From: a virus
Taxonomy: Duplodnaviria; Caudoviricetes
DNA: 64,000 bases
Reading direction: 5' to 3' (one strand)
IMG/VR virus record: IMGVR_UViG_3300044656_000252
Coordinates: 12,232-76,231 of that record
Shown one piece after another: positions 55,161 through 63,757 of the stretch (positions are counted from its first letter, which is position 1; each line of letters starts with the position of its first letter). The translations under genes and the position numbers were made by a program. The notes under the pieces were generated by a model. The model did not search any database. It had not been told where the DNA came from and was given only the letters and a program-made list of their open reading frames with translations.

Positions 55161-55951
55161 GCCGCCACCGCCTGCGGCCGGGGGAGCGGCTGGCCGATCA
55201 ACTTGGCCAGCTTGTTGGACTGCACCGCGTGCCGGTACACGGCCAGCACCTCAAGGAAGATCTCGAACTGCTCCCGGCCGGCGACGATCGGGATCAGCTC
55301 GTAGTCGTCGGGCTTGATGTGCAGGATGTAGGTGTCCTCGACCGGGATCATCGGGTGCTCGACGCCGTCGGCGTCCAGGTACACCTCGGCGTACCGATAC
55401 GGCGGCAGCTGGAGCGCGTGGTTGCCGTAGATCCCGTTGCTGGTCTTCCAGTCCACCAGGACCCGGCCCAGCCCGGGGACGTCCTGAATGGAGTCGAGGG
55501 TGCCGCAGTAGCCGTAGGTGTAGGACGCGACGACGGTCTCGGACAACACGGTTGTCGGCTGCCACTCGTCGAGGTACATCAGCGCGCCGCGCACGTACGG
55601 TTCGAGGTCTGCCGGGACCTCAACGGGCTCGCCCTCTGCGAGGTAAAAGACGATGTCGTGCACGTCTCGACCGCGCTCGGCGGCGCTGTCGCGCTTCTGG
55701 TCCGGCAGCCCGGCCAGGTAGTTAACGGTGGGCTGCCGGCCGCCCTCGGCCAGCATCGCGGACACGGTGCGGAGGTTGTCGGCGACGTGCTCGGCGACGG
55801 TCCGCGCGGCCCAGCGAGGCAAGGCGTCCTTCGGCAGGGCGTTCAGCGCGGTGGTCACGCCGACGGCGCGCTGGCCGTTGATCGTGTAGTAGTGCGACTT
55901 CGGCGTGTCGACGCGGCGGACGCCGGTCGACGGCGGGGCGTTTTTTGGCAT
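55157..55951 (-). CDS. PD-(D/E)XK exonuclease-like recombination protein
   Basis: GVTTAL, RG..VH, YCGTLD, VDWKTS...LQL..Y. Confidence 0.8.
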   Translation of the reverse strand: MPKNAPPSTGVRRVDTPKSHYYTINGQRAVGVTTALNALPKDALPRWAARTVAEHVADNLRTVSAMLAEGGRQPTVNYLAGLPDQKRDSAAERGRDVHDIVFYLAEGEPVEVPADLEPYVRGALMYLDEWQPTTVLSETVVASYTYGYCGTLDSIQDVPGLGRVLVDWKTSNGIYGNHALQLPPYRYAEVYLDADGVEHPMIPVEDTYILHIKPDDYELIPIVAGREQFEIFLEVLAVYRHAVQSNKLAKLIGQPLPRPQAVAA

Positions 55952-55992
55952 GGGGGTACCCCTTCAACATTCCTTTGGCGGTAGGAAAAGGC

Positions 55993-56220
55993 TTAGAGAG
56001 TGCGGCAGTTCTCGTCGGTCGCGGCAACAACCCAGCCGCGGTCAGGGTGGTGGTAGACCATGTCGGCGTAGTGCTTAATCGGACCGTGGGCGATCTGCGC
56101 GTCCTCGGCGGTCGGGTAGGCGGTGACCTCGAAAACGCCGAGGTCGATCTGTACGGCGACGCCCCACACAATCAGGTCCCAGTCGAGCTCGTCGAAGCGC
56201 AGCGGCGCCGGGGCGGTCAT
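55993..56220 (-). CDS. Hypothetical protein
   Basis: Overlap chain. Confidence 0.5.
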   Translation of the reverse strand: MTAPAPLRFDELDWDLIVWGVAVQIDLGVFEVTAYPTAEDAQIAHGPIKHYADMVYHHPDRGWVVAATDENCRTL

Positions 56221-56954
56221 GCCGGCACCTGCTCGACGTATGGGCGGAGCGGCCAATCCCGCTCGATCACCACGGCGGCGATCTCCTCGGACGACGCGCC
56301 GTCCTCGCGCTTCTTCCGGCGCAGGTAGTCCTCGAAGCTGGCGGCCTGCGCGCGGTACGCCTCACGCTGCGCGGTCCACATGTCCCGCAACGTCTTCTCC
56401 CGCAGGCCCGGGTACCACTCGATCATCTTCAGCATGAGCAGCCCGGCTGCTTTGGCATCGGCCGCCGAGTTGTGCGCGTTGTCGAGTGTGATCTCGTAGT
56501 GCTTGCACACGTCGCCGAGCTTCCGGCTGCCCTTGCGGTAGCGGTCGACGGCCTTGTCGATCACGAACGGGTCGAGGATCGGCCCGCTGATCTCCAGTCC
56601 GCGCCCGTGGTGCCGGCGCAGCTCGCGGTCGAGCACGGTGATGTCGAACGAGGCGTTGAAGGCGACGACCGGGATGCCCTCGCGCCACGCCGACTCGATG
56701 TCGTCCAGGAGCAGCAGCACCATGTCGGCGGCGGCCATTCCGTGCTCGCGGGCGTGCTCGGTGGTGATGCCGTGCACGGCGGTCGCCTCGGCGGGGATCT
56801 CCACGCCCGGATCAGCGAGGTAGCTGCGCTGCTCCAAGGCGTTGCCCCACGGCTCGATCCGCGCGACGTCGGCGGTGACGATGCGCGCCGTCGTCGGGTC
56901 AGGCCCGGTGGTTTCGGTGTCGAAGGCCAGCAGCGGCTTCTCGGTCCAGTTCAT
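56217..56954 (-). CDS. DEDDh 3'-5' exonuclease (DnaQ-like)
   Basis: AFDTETTG, AFNASFD, DPFVID, AHNSAADA. Confidence 0.92.
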   Translation of the reverse strand: MNWTEKPLLAFDTETTGPDPTTARIVTADVARIEPWGNALEQRSYLADPGVEIPAEATAVHGITTEHAREHGMAAADMVLLLLDDIESAWREGIPVVAFNASFDITVLDRELRRHHGRGLEISGPILDPFVIDKAVDRYRKGSRKLGDVCKHYEITLDNAHNSAADAKAAGLLMLKMIEWYPGLREKTLRDMWTAQREAYRAQAASFEDYLRRKKREDGASSEEIAAVVIERDWPLRPYVEQVPA

Positions 56955-57082
56955 CGCCGACCGCCCTTCTCCCGGCGCACCAGCCCGATGAACGCGGCCA
57001 GCAGCAGCGCCATCCCGGCCATCGTCGAGGCGCAACCCGACGCGCACCCGGCGGGCCCGTAGTCGTCGCGATTGCCGCTCAT
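56951..57082 (-). CDS. 43-aa membrane micro-protein (DYGP.GC family, copy 2)
   Basis: MSGNRDDYGPAGC...TM...LVRREKGGRR. Confidence 0.6.
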   Translation of the reverse strand: MSGNRDDYGPAGCASGCASTMAGMALLLAAFIGLVRREKGGRR

Positions 57083-57480
57083 GCAGCCGCCTCCCGGTAG
57101 CCGAACAGCTCGTCGTTCAGCTCGGCGGCCGCGACCAACTCGGTGGCTTCCAGGCGGCTGACGGCTGCGTCCCACACCGCCCAGTAGGTCTCGTCCGGCA
57201 CCACACGCTTCGTCTCCGAGGAGCCGATCACGTTGCGCGGCACGAACTCCACGTCGTAACCCCGGCGTGCCCACTCGGCGCGCAGCAGCGGCTCCAGCGC
57301 TGCGATGGCCACACCAGACAGCAGCTCGCGGAAGTCGTAGACGAAGTCGTCCGGCAGGCTCGCCAGCATGGCGTCGCTGGCCTCGGGCGCGTTGTTCCAC
57401 GCGTACTCGGCGTTGTCGATGACGCACGGCCGGGCCGGCGCGGCGGTGCCCATGTCGCGGGTGATGGTCGGGGCGTTCAT
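57079..57480 (-). CDS. Hypothetical protein
   Basis: Overlap chain. Confidence 0.55.
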   Translation of the reverse strand: MNAPTITRDMGTAAPARPCVIDNAEYAWNNAPEASDAMLASLPDDFVYDFRELLSGVAIAALEPLLRAEWARRGYDVEFVPRNVIGSSETKRVVPDETYWAVWDAAVSRLEATELVAAAELNDELFGYREAAA

Positions 57481-57773
57481 GACGCCACCTGCGACACGCT
57501 CGGGTCGTCGCCCTCGGTCATGTACGCCTTCAGCGTGGGCGAGAAGATCCGCCACTCCTTGCCGGTGTACCGCGCGGGGAGCCGGCCGGTCTCGATCAGG
57601 TTCCGCACGCGCTCGGCACCGCGCCGGGCCTCCTTCGTGCCCCGCTCGGTCCCCTTCGGCATGTAGCCGAACATGATCGCGACCTGGTGCGTGTCGAAGC
57701 CGTACTGCGGCAGGTCGTCGGGGTCCGGCAGGTCGGCGGCCGGGTCGGGCAGGGTTCTGACCGTGGCGTTCAC
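57477..57773 (-). CDS. Excisionase-like DNA-binding protein
   Basis: FDTHQVA.MFG...RVRNLIETGRLPA...GKEWRI; follows cro. Confidence 0.7.
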   Translation of the reverse strand: MNATVRTLPDPAADLPDPDDLPQYGFDTHQVAIMFGYMPKGTERGTKEARRGAERVRNLIETGRLPARYTGKEWRIFSPTLKAYMTEGDDPSVSQVAS

Positions 57774-58165
57774 GCGATCAGCTCCTGGCGGTCGGTGCCC
57801 ATCTGCTCGGAGCTGAGCGCCCGCGCGATCACCGTAACGGCGTTCCGCAGGTGCGGCGGCAGCGCGTTCACGGCGGCGACGGCCTGGTGGCGCGACGCGG
57901 CCTCGTTGAACGGGTGGCCGGCCAGCCGGAGGACCTCCTGCTCGTCGAGCATGAGCGCGGAGGCCAGGGCCACGGCGACCTCGGGGGAGATCTGCAGCGG
58001 GTGGCCGTCCGCCCGACGGCCGGCCTCGATGGTGCGGACGTACGAGTAGCTGACCTTGCCGCAGGTGGCGGCGGCCAGCTCGACCTGGGTGAGGTCGAGC
58101 GCCTTGCGGGCCTCTCGGATCAGGCGGGCCAGCTCGGCGGGCTGGGGCTGGGGTGGGCTCGTCAT
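57770..58165 (-). CDS. Cro-like XRE HTH regulator
   Basis: LIREARKALDLTQVELAA...VSYSYVRTIEAG; divergent from the cI-like gene. Confidence 0.85.
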   Translation of the reverse strand: MTSPPQPQPAELARLIREARKALDLTQVELAAATCGKVSYSYVRTIEAGRRADGHPLQISPEVAVALASALMLDEQEVLRLAGHPFNEAASRHQAVAAVNALPPHLRNAVTVIARALSSEQMGTDRQELIA

Positions 58166-58171
58166 GCTGCC

Positions 58172-58229
58172 ACCGTAGCGCCACAAGCCGCCACAAACAA
58201 GCAGTCGTGCCCGTTTGGCTGTTTGTGGC
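58172..58229 (-). promoter_or_regulatory. Early promoter/operator, copy 1 (leaderless cro)
   Basis: - strand TTGTTT-17bp-TACGGT-6nt-ATG; GCCACAA repeats and an inverted GTTTGTGGC at 58221. Confidence 0.75.
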
Positions 58230-58284
58230 AGCTTTGGCACGCCCAGTAGCATCGCCGCACTGTGTTTTTGACCGTGGTTAAGGG

Positions 58285-58857
58285 ATGATGCGCAGCGTGA
58301 CCACCGGGGAGCGCGACCCTGAGCTGCTACGCCAGCTCGCCGAACGCGTGACACACGCCAGCAAGGCGGCGGGCTTCAACCAGACCCAACTCGCCGACGG
58401 CGCCAGCGTGTCACGCGGCTTCGTGCAGTACCTCATGCGCGGCGCGCGCTACGACGACAAGCCGTTCGACCCGAAGCCACAGAGCGTCCTGGCGGTCATC
58501 GACGTCATCAACGACGCCCTACACCGCTCCGGTCAGTCAGAGCACGTCATTGCCCCCGCGGACGCCCTGCGTCTCGCCGGCGTTCCCGACGGTGAACTCG
58601 ACCGCTACCTCACCAAGAACACCGGACGCCCGAACATCACCGCGTCCCGAATCGCCGAGCAGGCATCCAAGCTGACCGACCGGCAGCGCCGCGCCGTCAT
58701 CGACGTCATCGAGTCCATGCTCTGGCCGACGGCGCAGGACGAAGAGGCAGCCACCTCCGACGAGCCGGTTCACTACGTGGCCCACGAAGAACGGCCCCGG
58801 GGAGTATCGGGGCCGGTCGTCGAACATGTCGTGCACGAGGAACCCGCGCGCGAGTAG
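58285..58857 (+). CDS. CI-like XRE repressor
   Basis: GFNQTQLADGASVSRGFVQYL; divergent from cro. Confidence 0.78.
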   Translation: MMRSVTTGERDPELLRQLAERVTHASKAAGFNQTQLADGASVSRGFVQYLMRGARYDDKPFDPKPQSVLAVIDVINDALHRSGQSEHVIAPADALRLAGVPDGELDRYLTKNTGRPNITASRIAEQASKLTDRQRRAVIDVIESMLWPTAQDEEAATSDEPVHYVAHEERPRGVSGPVVEHVVHEEPARE

Positions 58858-59112
58858 TCAGCGTCGCAGACGGTCCTCGTCGACCACGTCGTCGTGATGC
58901 TGCTCGATCAGGCCGCGTTCCCGCAGATCGTCCATCGCTCCCATCGGGTGAAACCGCGCCCGCACCGCGCTCCCGTCGATGCGCTCTGCCCGGAATAGCA
59001 CGATGCAGTCGGTCACCATCATGCCGTCCTGGAGGATGCCGGCCTCCTGGGCCATCGCCCGGACCTGGTCCATGACGCGGGCTCCGCTGGTGGTCGTTCT
59101 ACGGGTGTCCAC
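58858..59112 (-). CDS. Small protein, paralog A
   Basis: DGSA...PMGA.D..ERGLI. Confidence 0.6.
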   Translation of the reverse strand: MDTRRTTTSGARVMDQVRAMAQEAGILQDGMMVTDCIVLFRAERIDGSAVRARFHPMGAMDDLRERGLIEQHHDDVVDEDRLRR

Positions 59113-59300
59113 GGGTGGCTCCTCCCTGGCGGCCGAGTGGTCGCGCTCCGTGGCCTTGTCACCGTGGGAAGTTGCGGTGGTGCGGCCGGATCTCGTTGTT
59201 GCTTCACCTATCTCCCGGCTTGTGATTCTCGTTACCTGCGTTGATCACTGAGCGTGTCACGAGTCGGTCACGCGTACGGGCTACAACCCCTCGATCGCTG

Positions 59301-59540
59301 TCAGTCACGAAGGCGATCAGCGGCGCGACTCAGTAGAGCTCGCTCTGTGGCACGATCCGGTGCCCCGAGCGGGTAGTAGACGTCCGTGCGCGGCGCGGAC
59401 CCGTCTGCGCTCTCCGTCAGCGTCACCACCACCGCTGTTCTCAACAGCCGCCCCTCCGTCAGGTCTGGCTGCACCAACGCCCGGATAGCGCTTGCCGCTT
59501 GGTCTTCCACGTCGCCGTCGGTTCGCCGGCCCCCACCCAT
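59301..59540 (-). CDS. Small protein, paralog B (alternative start 59510)
   Basis: DGSA...PLGA.D..ERALL. Confidence 0.55.
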   Translation of the reverse strand: MGGGRRTDGDVEDQAASAIRALVQPDLTEGRLLRTAVVVTLTESADGSAPRTDVYYPLGAPDRATERALLSRAADRLRD

Positions 59541-59769
59541 CGTGTGCGCCTCCTAGATCCAGTCCACCCCCAGGCGACCGCCCAGAGTGCCCCAACCAAC
59601 CAGCCACCCAATCGGTCGCGCAGGCCAACCACTGAATGAGCCCAACGAGACCACTCCTTTGCTGCATAGCAACTAACGTCCGGGCACGAAGAGTGCACCA
59701 AACGGGCCCGAACCGCTTCATTCGGTGCCCGAACGAACACCGACCGAGAAGATCAGCAGGTCGCGGCCG

Positions 59770-60321
59770 TCACCCGACCGGTGGGAGGGACTGCGTCGCC
59801 ACGTAAAAGGACAACGCCGTCACCGACGGCCCATCCGGAACCTGCCCGCTAGCCAGGAGCTTCGGCACATCGGCCAGCGGCACCCACTCAACGCGTTCCG
59901 ACTCCGCCGCGTCCGACGATCCCACCAGCTCGGCGCCGCCGGCCACGAACACCCTGTACAGGTGATCGCTGATCCCCGCCATCGGCGCGTACGTGGTCAG
60001 CAACGCCACGCGCGACACCCGGTAGCCGGTTTCCTCCAGAACCTCCCGGGCGGCGGCTTCCGCCGGATCCTCCCCGGGGTCAGACCATCCGGCCGGGATC
60101 TCCCATCCCCACAGGTCCGTGGTGAAGCGGTGCCGCCACAACAGCAGGACACGTTGCTGGTCGACAACGATGGTGCCGACGGAGGACCGCGGATACCGCA
60201 GCACGTGGTGCTCGAACCGTTGCCCGTCGGGTATCTCCACGTCGTCCAGATCGACGTTGACCCATGGTGACTCGTACACCCTCCGCGTGCCGTGCGTGAT
60301 CCACCGCGACGAGTCAGCCAC
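59770..60321 (-). CDS. Nudix hydrolase (ADP-ribose pyrophosphatase-like)
   Basis: WEIPAG..DPGEDPAEAAAREVLEETGY Nudix box; VYESPWV. Confidence 0.93.
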   Translation of the reverse strand: MADSSRWITHGTRRVYESPWVNVDLDDVEIPDGQRFEHHVLRYPRSSVGTIVVDQQRVLLLWRHRFTTDLWGWEIPAGWSDPGEDPAEAAAREVLEETGYRVSRVALLTTYAPMAGISDHLYRVFVAGGAELVGSSDAAESERVEWVPLADVPKLLASGQVPDGPSVTALSFYVATQSLPPVG

Positions 60322-61564
60322 CAGTCAGCTCCTTCACGTGTCCATCCAGCTCGGCGACCGCGCGCTCCCGGGCCCACGGAGCCAGGCGAGCGCGCACCCC
60401 GCGCGCTCGGGCGACGATCGGCCCGACCATCGCGCCGGTGGCCGACCGTAGCGCGGACATCGCGAGCCGTGCCGCCTCCTTCGGCTCGGAGTCGACTGCG
60501 AGGCATTCGGCCAGGTCCAACGTGACCAGCGCCCGACCCTTCGTGTCACCGACCGCGCGCCGCGCAAGTGCCGCACGAAGCAGGGGAGCGGCCTGCTCGG
60601 TGTCCCCGAGCGCGAGGTGCGTGGTCCCGGCTAGCCCGTCGAGGCGTGGCGCGTCGAAGAAGTCCGCGCCGCCGGGCGGCTCAGTCGAATCAGCCAACGC
60701 CACGTACGCGCGGTCAAGGGCGCGGCGGCACTCCTCGCTCCGGCCGGCGGCAGCCTCGGCCCGCGCGTGCAACGCTGCAACCCAGGCGCGGCGCCGCGCG
60801 CTGGAGTGGACGGCGGCCAGCTCCTCGGCACGGGCCAGCAGGTCAGCGGCCTCCAGGTAGTCGCCGGCGAAGAACGGTCCGATCGACCGGTTCGCCAGCA
60901 GCCACGCCGCGAGATCCGGCGCGTCGGCCTCCTCCGCTGCGAGCTCCCCGACGTCGAAGTAGCGCGCCGAGGTGCTGGCACGGCCGAGGTCGAGCCACAG
61001 GTTGCCCGACAGCCCAGCGAGCACCCCGAGCAGCACAACCGCCCGGCGCCGCTCACGCAGCGGCTGCGGCCGGGTAAGCGCCCCCTGAAGACGCTGCAGC
61101 TGCCCGGACACCTTCGGCAGCAGCGTGTCCGGCGGCGTCCACGGGTACGCCGCGGCATAGTCGTTCGTCGCACGCTCCATGTGGTCCAGCGCGGCCGGGC
61201 TGATCGCCGAGCAGGTCAGCATGTCGGTCAGCTCCCAAGGCTCCACACCGCTGGCATCTGCTGGGCGCAGGCGCTCCTGCTCCGCTGCCCGGCTTGCCGG
61301 CGCGAAGCCCAGTTCGGCGTCTGTGGCTACGTGCAGAACCGCCCGCAGCGCCGACCGGTAATGCGCAGCTGGCCACCGCACCTCGCCGCGCTCCCACTTG
61401 GCCAGGAGCCGAACGTCAAGGTCGTACCGCGCGCCGGTCGTCTCCCACAACCAGGCCGCCATCGCGTCGACGAGCTCACGGCGCGACATGGACTCGCCCG
61501 GCGCGACCCGCGACCTCACGCGTTCACGCGCGGCTTGCAGAAGGTGGTTCGGGGCGGAGCGCAT
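60314..61564 (-). CDS. XRE-like HTH plus TPR-like regulator
   Basis: MSRRELVDA...LAKWERGEVRWP; helical repeats; overlaps the Nudix start. Confidence 0.8.
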   Translation of the reverse strand: MRSAPNHLLQAARERVRSRVAPGESMSRRELVDAMAAWLWETTGARYDLDVRLLAKWERGEVRWPAAHYRSALRAVLHVATDAELGFAPASRAAEQERLRPADASGVEPWELTDMLTCSAISPAALDHMERATNDYAAAYPWTPPDTLLPKVSGQLQRLQGALTRPQPLRERRRAVVLLGVLAGLSGNLWLDLGRASTSARYFDVGELAAEEADAPDLAAWLLANRSIGPFFAGDYLEAADLLARAEELAAVHSSARRRAWVAALHARAEAAAGRSEECRRALDRAYVALADSTEPPGGADFFDAPRLDGLAGTTHLALGDTEQAAPLLRAALARRAVGDTKGRALVTLDLAECLAVDSEPKEAARLAMSALRSATGAMVGPIVARARGVRARLAPWARERAVAELDGHVKELTGG

Positions 61565-61600
61565 GCCGGCATCCTCTCCACTGAAGCGTGGTCACGCATT

Positions 61601-61638
61601 CTGACCCCGCCTGACCCTGAATGACCAAGCACCTGACC
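61601..61638 (+). repeat. Helically phased TGACC direct repeats
   Basis: TGACC at 61602, 61612, 61622, 61634. Confidence 0.6.
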
Positions 61639-61994
61639 TCGGCCGATGAGCCCACGTGCGTCAGCGTGGCCAGCATGACCGGGGAGGAACACATCATCGC
61701 AGGAATGGTCGCGCCCGATGGGCCGTCCGTCGCAGACGTACTCCAAGCCGTCGGCTACTTCGCCGCCGGCTCGCCGCTGGGGATACTCCTCGGCCGCGGC
61801 TACCTGCGCCTGACCCAGACTCCTGCCACGGCCTGCGCTCATCGTGATCGACGCGTGCTCCCGGCGGCGGTTTCCCCGGCCGCCGCCGGGTCCTACTCGC
61901 CGGCTGCCGACGCTGACACCAGCAGCCGGCGCGCGGTGGAGGCGCCCAGCCTCTCGATGGGCGCCTCCGCCGCTTCCACCGCGAGGTGCCCGCG

Positions 61995-62348
61995 GTGAGC
62001 GGCCTATCCGACGTGGAAGCTGTCCGCTTGTTCCCCGCTCTGGCCAACCTCATCGTGCTCCGCGACGCCGGCTGGTTCTTCATCCCCGTGAACACCGCCG
62101 ACGGCGCGCCGGTCGAGTATGACGGGTTCCGGCCATGGCCCGGCGGCTGGACAGACGGGATCCGGATCTGGTCCGAGACGAGCGCGCTGGGCATCCGCAC
62201 GTCACCGGACGAGCCGCCGGCGATCACATGGGAGCTCACCGGCACCCTCACCGAGGTCGCGGCTGAACTGCTCGAGCTCCCCGCGCCGGGCACTCGCACC
62301 GCCCCGCGTCTTGCTCGCGGCGTCGCCCCGCGACTGTGGACGCCCTGA
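61995..62348 (+). CDS. Hypothetical protein resembling Pseudonocardiaceae accessory proteins
   Basis: LRDAGW.F...G.R.WPGGW.D...W..TG.L.EV..ELL.LPAP...APRL. Confidence 0.65.
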   Translation: MSGLSDVEAVRLFPALANLIVLRDAGWFFIPVNTADGAPVEYDGFRPWPGGWTDGIRIWSETSALGIRTSPDEPPAITWELTGTLTEVAAELLELPAPGTRTAPRLARGVAPRLWTP

Positions 62349-62351
62349 CCC

Positions 62352-62567
62352 GTGCGAGACGAACGCCCACGCTGGACCCTCGCATGCCGTGACGACGCCG
62401 GCCGCGAGAGAGTCCACCACGTCGAGGTGACCGAGCACGGTGTGGTGCGGCTGCTGCCGCCGATGGTCGGGCCGACTCAGTGGGATCCGGAGCAGATCGA
62501 TCGGCTGGTGGTGGCGCTGATCGAGGCCCGCGGACTGGCCCAGCGCCGCCGAGCAGGCGGCGGCTAG
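62352..62567 (+). CDS. Small hypothetical protein resembling Pseudonocardiaceae accessory proteins
   Basis: WTLACRD.AGRER...PP. Confidence 0.6.
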   Translation: MRDERPRWTLACRDDAGRERVHHVEVTEHGVVRLLPPMVGPTQWDPEQIDRLVVALIEARGLAQRRRAGGG

Positions 62568-63757
62568 CTGGCGGCCACCTCTTCAGGCTTCATCAGCTGG
62601 TCGATCGCGACGCCAGCCCGACGGTTCACCTTCCGCACCGTGTAGTGCTTCTCAGCGGTGGTCACGCTGGAGTGGCGGAGCTGGTCTCGGTTGTCCTCGG
62701 CACTCAAACCGGCCGTCCGGAGCCACGTCGAGACGGTCTTGCGGCCCCACTTGGTCGAGAAGTCTGGGTGGTCGATCCGGACGCGGAGCCGCCGGACGGA
62801 GTCCATCACGCCGTTCGGGCCCCGCCACGATCCCTTGTGGTTGGGGAACACCGGGTCTTCGGGCTTCGCGTCCTGCGGCAGCCGGAACCGCAGCAGGTCG
62901 ACCAGAAACTCGGGCAGCGGCAGGACGCCCTCGGATGCGTCGGTCTTGCCGTCGTGCCTGACCAGGCCGCCGATGCCGTGCACGATGTTCCCGTTGATCC
63001 ACACACTCCGCGGCGGAAGCTCCTGGTCGCCGAACACCTCGCTGTGGACGAACACCGGCTCGTCGGACAGGTTCAGGTCGATCCACCGCACGGCCAGCGC
63101 CTCGCCGACCCGACAGCCGGTCCCGAAGAGGAACCGGAGCAGGTCAGGGAGGTAGCTCACCTTCATGTACTTGTCGGCGTCGACCGCTGCCAGGAACTCC
63201 TGGAGGTCCTTCTGGTCGAACGCCCGCTTCCGCTTCCGGTCGGTGCGCTTGATCTTCCTCAGCTCTCGGGCGGGGTTGTAGTCCATGAGCTCCTCGAGGA
63301 CGGCCCACTGGAACATCGCCTTCATCACGACCTTCGCCATGGAGCACGTGCCGTACGAGTAGTTCCGCTTCTGCATGTCGTCGATGACCTTCTGGAGCCG
63401 AGAGGTCTTGCACTCGTGCAGTCCGAGGGCGCCGACAGCGGGAACGACGTGCTTCTTCATCGCGCTCTGGTAGCGCAGGAAGGTGGTGTCCTGTTCCTGG
63501 TCTCGCACGACGCCGAGCCACTTGGTCGCCAGTTCCTCGACGGTCGAGGAGCGGCTGAGCTGGTCGTTTTTGCCGCCGAGGCTGCGCAGGTACTTCAGCA
63601 GCCGGCGCCGTGCCTCTTCCTCGTTCGCGCCCCAGCGCTCCCGCTTGGCGGTGGTGCCGTCGTCGAATCGGTAGGAGGCGTACGCGCGGACCCGGTCGCC
63701 TTCGGTGATGTAACCGATCTTGCCCCACGTGCCGATCTCGAGCCGCGGTCGCGCCAT
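62564..63757 (-). CDS. int: Tyrosine integrase
   Basis: MARPRLEIGTWGKI; GTGCRVGEALAVRW.D; GKT; R in KWGRK; LRH; KHY; GGAGG RBS. Confidence 0.93.
   Translation of the reverse strand: MARPRLEIGTWGKIGYITEGDRVRAYASYRFDDGTTAKRERWGANEEEARRRLLKYLRSLGGKNDQLSRSSTVEELATKWLGVVRDQEQDTTFLRYQSAMKKHVVPAVGALGLHECKTSRLQKVIDDMQKRNYSYGTCSMAKVVMKAMFQWAVLEELMDYNPARELRKIKRTDRKRKRAFDQKDLQEFLAAVDADKYMKVSYLPDLLRFLFGTGCRVGEALAVRWIDLNLSDEPVFVHSEVFGDQELPPRSVWINGNIVHGIGGLVRHDGKTDASEGVLPLPEFLVDLLRFRLPQDAKPEDPVFPNHKGSWRGPNGVMDSVRRLRVRIDHPDFSTKWGRKTVSTWLRTAGLSAEDNRDQLRHSSVTTAEKHYTVRKVNRRAGVAIDQLMKPEEVAAS

Noticed and set aside
61621-61998. ORF 61621..61998 as a confident gene
   Set aside because: Start lies inside the TGACC repeats and the C-terminal half is low-complexity; a shorter gene may exist but its limits are unsupported
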